A stretch of 64,000 nt of DNA from Candidatus Brocadiaceae bacterium (GTDB lineage Bacteria; Planctomycetota; Brocadiia; SM23-32), in NCBI GenBank assembly GCA_012728835.1, contig JAAYEJ010000011.1, positions 50,990 through 114,989 on the forward strand, given 5' to 3'. The notes under the pieces were generated by a model, which was given only the letters and a program-made list of their open reading frames with translations, did no database searches and had not been told where the DNA came from. The translations under genes and the position numbers were made by a program. Positions 60,060-64,000 of the stretch are shown one piece after another; positions within the stretch are counted from its first letter, which is position 1, and each line of letters opens with the position of its first letter.

Positions 60060-60794
60060 TCAGTAGATGCCCCCGTTCACGCCGATCACCTGGCCGGTGA
60101 TGTACGCCGCCTCGTCCGAGCACAGGAAGACGACCAGCGACGCCACCTCCTCAGCCGTTCCGAGGCGGCCCACCGGCACCTTGTCGGCCACGGCCTCCTT
60201 GTCCAGGCCCTCCAGCATCTCGGTGTCGATGTAGCCGGGCGCGACGGCGTTCACGGTCACGTGCCGTCTGGCCACCTCCTTGGCCAGCGCCTGCGTGGCG
60301 CCGATGAGGCCGGCCTTCGACGCCGCGTAGGCGACCTGCCCCGGCAGGCCGGACTGCCCCGAGGTGCTGGAGATGCTGACGATCCGGCCGGACCGCCTGA
60401 GGACCATCTCCTTGACCACGGGCTGCGTCACGTTGAAGAACCCGGTCAGGTTCACGTCCAGCAGGCGCTGCCATTCGTCGTGCTTCATCCACACCATCAG
60501 CATGTCGCTGCGGATGCCGGCGTTGTTCACCAGTATGTCGATGCGGGCATGGCATTCGATGACGCCCTGCACGGCCCGGTTGGCCGCCTCGCTGTCCGCG
60601 ACGTCGAACGGCAGCAGCTCGCCGGTGCCGCCGGCGGCCTCGACCTGCTGCAGGGCCTCCTCGGCCGAGTCCCGGCGGGTGCGGTAGTTGATGAGCACGT
60701 GCCTGCCGGTTCGGGCGAGGGCCACGGCAATGGCACGCCCGATCCCGCGGCCGGCTCCCGTCACCAGTGCGACCTGTCGCTGCGCGTCACCCAT
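60060..60794 (-). CDS. fabG: 3-oxoacyl-ACP reductase (SDR; FabG/ApeQ-like).
   Basis: TGAGRGIGRAIA NAD(P)-binding motif, NNAG, and catalytic S...YAASKAG. It is 244 aa. Confidence 0.85.
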   Translation of the reverse strand: MGDAQRQVALVTGAGRGIGRAIAVALARTGRHVLINYRTRRDSAEEALQQVEAAGGTGELLPFDVADSEAANRAVQGVIECHARIDILVNNAGIRSDMLMVWMKHDEWQRLLDVNLTGFFNVTQPVVKEMVLRRSGRIVSISSTSGQSGLPGQVAYAASKAGLIGATQALAKEVARRHVTVNAVAPGYIDTEMLEGLDKEAVADKVPVGRLGTAEEVASLVVFLCSDEAAYITGQVIGVNGGIY

Positions 60795-60901
60795 CGCTCT
60801 TGTCCCGTGTCCCTCGCTGTATGAGCAGGCTCAGGTCGGCTGCCGTGAGACCTCGTCCTTTCCATGCATCGCGGTAACGTTAGCGCAAAGCGTCGCCGCG
60901 G

Positions 60902-62587
60902 TCAACGCCTCCCGGCGGCCCGGGCGAGCAGGGCCCGGAGCCTCTCCCTCTCCGTCCCGAACGCAGGACACAGCTCCTGCGCCGTGCGGAGGTGCTCGCG
61001 CGCCTCGTCCCATTCACCGCAGTCGAGCGCGATCTGCCCGAGTCCCAGGTGGGGGGCATACCACACCGGGTTCAGATCGACGGCCCTGCGGAGGCGCCGC
61101 CGGGCCTCTTCGCTGTCGCCGTCATCCACGAGGTCCGCGGCCTGCATGAGGAGCGTCTTCGCCTCGCGGGCACGTTCCAGAGAGCCATCGGTCAGCATGG
61201 GGTCGGCGCCGATGGCCTCGGCGTCGGCCGGCTGCCCGAAGGAATCCAGACCGAACGGGACATAGGCGCCGAGCTGATGGGGGCCGGCCGACACCCAGAT
61301 CACGCCGGCCGTGGCGTCCACAACGACCGAGTGCGTCGTCGCCAGCGAGTTGACCGCCGCCGGATGTCCCAGCGACGGGGCCGGCATCCCCTTCACCGCT
61401 CGGTCGCGCAGGAGGCCCGCCACGTCCGCCGGCGTGAGCGGTTCCCGCCGGCTCGACAGAAGCTCCGTGATGCGGTCGTAGCGGGTCAGGGTGGTCCCTT
61501 CGGCCATGTAGTCCGTGTTGGCCGAGTCGTCCTTGAGTCGGTCCGTCACGAAGTGGTTCGACGACACGAGGAAGCACCCTTCGGGCTGCAGGACCGAGCA
61601 CCGGGACGGCGTCTTCTCCACGATGACGGCTCTGCCCGTCTTGCCGTCTGCCAGCAGGTAGCAGTCGGAGACGAAGACCGTGCTGCCCTCGATGATCCGG
61701 ACGCCCTCCTGGATTGTCGACGCGTGCTGCATGACCTCGCGCATGACGAGGCTGACGGGCGTTCCGATCCGACGCGTGTCCGTGGAGCGGGCGGCGTTGA
61801 TGCTGATGAACAGGTGCGCGTCATTCAGCCCCGTGACGACGCCGATCAGACCCGGCCAGGCGACCGACACGTAGCCGAAGCCCTCGTCGGGGACAACGCG
61901 CGCCACGCTCTTCCTCTCGTCGAATCCCGGCCCGGCGTCGAAGTCGAAGTTCCGGCCGATCAGGAGATGGCCGTCCCGCGTTGCCTCGCCCCATGCGGCA
62001 AAGGAAGTGCATCCGACCATCGGCAGGCCCATGACGGCGTGCGCGATGTCATGCGCGGCATGGTAGTTGAGCACGCGGTGGTAGAGGTGGCCGATCTCGG
62101 GGAACGGGTCCTCCGACCCCATCGTGAGGCCCAGCATCTCCATCTGGAAGCGCGGGGCCACGTGATCGGGCAGGTCCCGGTTGCGGATCAGGACGTACTT
62201 CCTCAGCAGCCACAGGCCGATGCGCGAGGGGACGTGCTCCTTGATCGTCTCCAGCAACTCCGCTTCCTGCTCCTTCAGGATGTCCCGTGTCAGCGACGCG
62301 TGGCAGTACCCGAGCGTGAACGGATCGCCGGCCAGGTACATGTGCATGATGCCGTCGCGCTTCGCCAGCCGGGCCGGACCGATCCGGAGCACGCCGTCGG
62401 CCTCGTGGACCTGCTGCCGGAGGATGGGGGGCGAGCCTTCCAGCGCGGGTGGGCGGGCGAAGCAGACCCAGTCCACAGCCCTCGACGCGAGGCAGACCAG
62501 CAGAACGAGCGTGGCCAGGACGATGCCCGCTCGGCGAAGCCTGCGCTTCCACCTGGAGCGCGGTCTGCTCCCGTCTGCACCTGCCAT
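60902..62587 (-). CDS. Peptidase C45 / acyl-CoA:6-APA acyltransferase-like Ntn-hydrolase with C-terminal TPR repeats.
   Basis: Met 29 start with an N-terminal TM anchor. The autoproteolytic nucleophile context is MVGCTSFAAWG, and the C-terminus has TPR-like helices. Coordinates follow the ORF track. Confidence 0.6.
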   Translation of the reverse strand: MAGADGSRPRSRWKRRLRRAGIVLATLVLLVCLASRAVDWVCFARPPALEGSPPILRQQVHEADGVLRIGPARLAKRDGIMHMYLAGDPFTLGYCHASLTRDILKEQEAELLETIKEHVPSRIGLWLLRKYVLIRNRDLPDHVAPRFQMEMLGLTMGSEDPFPEIGHLYHRVLNYHAAHDIAHAVMGLPMVGCTSFAAWGEATRDGHLLIGRNFDFDAGPGFDERKSVARVVPDEGFGYVSVAWPGLIGVVTGLNDAHLFISINAARSTDTRRIGTPVSLVMREVMQHASTIQEGVRIIEGSTVFVSDCYLLADGKTGRAVIVEKTPSRCSVLQPEGCFLVSSNHFVTDRLKDDSANTDYMAEGTTLTRYDRITELLSSRREPLTPADVAGLLRDRAVKGMPAPSLGHPAAVNSLATTHSVVVDATAGVIWVSAGPHQLGAYVPFGLDSFGQPADAEAIGADPMLTDGSLERAREAKTLLMQAADLVDDGDSEEARRRLRRAVDLNPVWYAPHLGLGQIALDCGEWDEAREHLRTAQELCPAFGTERERLRALLARAAGRR

Positions 62588-62734
62588 CACTCGTGCGGCC
62601 CCTTCAGGGAGCTGGGCGCCTGCCCCTGTGAGACAGGCCGCCATTATCGGAGAAGGGCCGACCCCCGTCAACGCCGTGCGACATCCGGCAGAGCGTCTCG
62701 TGCGGCGCGTCCTTCGAGAGCGACCCCGCCGCGA

Positions 62735-63997
62735 CTACGTCGCATGGCGTGGAGTCCTCTTCACGAAGACCGTGGTCCCATCCGAGCCGTTGCCGACGGC
62801 CGGCTGCTCCTCCCAGGGCATCAGCCCTGCGTCCGCGAACGCCTGCACGCAGGAATTGCGTGCGCAACGACGGTCACGCGTGTGCCCGTTCCGGCCGCCC
62901 GCGAGTGCGCACAGCCATCGCGTCAACGCCGCCAGGGGGTGCCTCAGGAAACGCGGCCCGTCCAGGTCGCGGAACACGACCCGGCCGTTGTCCCGCAAGG
63001 CGGCCGCAGCCCTGGCGATCACGCGGCGCCGGTCCTCCGGCGGGCGGCCGCGAAGCGCGTCCACCAGGAGGACGACGTCGGACTCGGGAAGCGGGCATTC
63101 CAGGGGATCGGCGTGGCAGAACCGCACGCTCTGCGACGGGGACACCGTGCTCGCCGCCACCGCGATCTTGCGTTCGTCGGCGTCAATGGCAGCGATCCGG
63201 CGGCGCGGCGACCTGCGCGCCAGTATGTTCGACAGCAGGCCGTATCCGCAGCCGATGTCGAGAACGGCGGCGTCCCCGGGGACCATGTCGTCGATGCACC
63301 GGCACAGGGGATCGAACCGAAGCCTCCACGCGACGTGCCTCTCCGCGCACGCTCCGCGATAGCGGTAGAGGGCGCGCACGTTCCGCCGGAACGCCGGACC
63401 GGCCTGGGAGAGCCGCCGGTCCTCGTCCTGCTGAGCGAGGAGCCTTCCTTTGACCTCCCGCCCGAGGGCCCGGGCGCCCCCGGCGTAGTCGAACGTCTGG
63501 GGCGTGACTCGCGGCAGGACCCGGACGATGCAGTGGTGGTCGCCGATCCAGGCGGCATTGCGCGCCAGGCAGGATCGCGTGTCGGTGAGCAGCACGGGGA
63601 TGACGTCGCTGCCCGTGCGACACGCCAGCTCGAACGCCCCCTTGTGGAACCGCTGCATGCGGCCGTCCGACGAACGCGTTCCCTCGGGAAAGACGACCAC
63701 GCAGACGCCCCGGGACAGCGCGTTCGCGGCGTCTCGGAGGAAGCTCTCCGGCTCGCCGGGCGCGGGGCAGACATAGCCCGCGCTGCGGACGAGACGCCCC
63801 ATCAGCGGGGCGTTCCAGACCCACGGCTTGACCACCATGACCATCTCGGTGGGCAACGCCAGCAGCATCATGATGTCCGAGCCCGAGTTGTGGTTGCTGA
63901 CCAGGACCCCGGGCTTGCGGAGCGCCTCGGCATCCGCGTCGACGTACACTCGCCTGCTGCCGAGGTACGGCAGGAACCGCACAACGGTCGCGGCCAT
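62735..63997 (-). CDS. Fusion of 1-acyl-glycerol-3-phosphate-type acyltransferase (PlsC/LPLAT) and class I SAM-dependent methyltransferase. It may be 5'-truncated by the window edge.
   Basis: N-terminal half: H(X)4D VSNHNSGSDI and FPEGTRS. C-terminal half: SAM-binding VLDIGCGYGLLS. The ORF reaches the window end at 63997. Confidence 0.65.
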   Translation of the reverse strand: MAATVVRFLPYLGSRRVYVDADAEALRKPGVLVSNHNSGSDIMMLLALPTEMVMVVKPWVWNAPLMGRLVRSAGYVCPAPGEPESFLRDAANALSRGVCVVVFPEGTRSSDGRMQRFHKGAFELACRTGSDVIPVLLTDTRSCLARNAAWIGDHHCIVRVLPRVTPQTFDYAGGARALGREVKGRLLAQQDEDRRLSQAGPAFRRNVRALYRYRGACAERHVAWRLRFDPLCRCIDDMVPGDAAVLDIGCGYGLLSNILARRSPRRRIAAIDADERKIAVAASTVSPSQSVRFCHADPLECPLPESDVVLLVDALRGRPPEDRRRVIARAAAALRDNGRVVFRDLDGPRFLRHPLAALTRWLCALAGGRNGHTRDRRCARNSCVQAFADAGLMPWEEQPAVGNGSDGTTVFVKRTPRHAT

Positions 63998-64000
63998 CAG

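Noticed and set aside
62400-64000. Apparent one-base discrepancy between printed sequence coordinates and ORF-track coordinates beyond about 62.5 kb (the printed text ends at 63999).
   Set aside because: It is most likely a transcription or reading offset of a single base, not biology. ORF-track coordinates are used for features in this region, and the others may be off by 1.

Overview
This 64 kb window is very high-GC (roughly 68-70% by eye) DNA from a Gram-negative-type bacterium. The evidence for an outer membrane is two secretins, LolA-like proteins and lipid-A-type acyltransferases. The lineage cannot be assigned from sequence alone, though the gene content (CarbopepD_reg repeat proteins, sialate O-acetylesterase, orphan secretins) is Planctomycetota/Verrucomicrobiota-like. 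Because of the GC content the six-frame track is full of long spurious and antisense ORFs, so genes were called only where the translation carries recognisable family motifs.

In order, the window contains:
1. Two divergent paralogous secreted transglutaminase-like/FN3/Ig proteins flanking a CarbopepD_reg repeat protein (4-7197).
2. A DUF523 gene, an nfeD-flotillin pair and a small sugar-phosphate transferase (7400-10771).
3. A complete NAD(P)-linked bidirectional [NiFe] hydrogenase operon hoxEFUYH plus the maturation protease hoxW (10731-16048, minus strand), with a divergent sensor kinase and CheY-like regulator.
4. pstSCAB-phoU (18741-23679, minus strand).
5. An orphan operon of a lipoprotein and two tandem paralogous secretins (23874-27669), a small ORF, and a degenerate in-frame phoB-phoR fusion remnant (28186-28905).
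6. guaA (ATP-pyrophosphatase subunit only), then carA, then carB. This carA lacks the entire glutaminase catalytic triad.
7. A large membrane protein, a hypothetical protein and a sialate O-acetylesterase unit (34681-39887). It is punctuated by a dispersed CGTCCGTG 10-mer, including a perfectly phased array of 14 tandem 10-bp units sitting upstream of a sigma70-like promoter.
8. An alpha/beta hydrolase, an MFS transporter and tRNA-Arg(TCT).
9. Immediately after the tRNA, a ~21 kb translationally coupled lipid/polyketide-type biosynthetic gene cluster (42812 to beyond 63997). It has aryl-polyene-like core genes (three KS, two Cys-less CLF-like KS partners, three ACPs, an LPLAT acyltransferase, a hot-dog thioesterase, FabG, an acyl-AMP ligase, LolA-like carriers, and an LPLAT-methyltransferase fusion). 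Added to these are three radical-SAM enzymes (one SPASM type fused to a carrier-protein domain, two B12-binding), a condensation-domain-like acyltransferase, a NodB deacetylase and a C45 Ntn-hydrolase.

The biosynthetic cluster is the best candidate for a previously undescribed system. No CRISPR array, rRNA, transposase or integrase was seen. The printed sequence appears one base short relative to the ORF track beyond about 62.5 kb, so ORF-track coordinates were used there.
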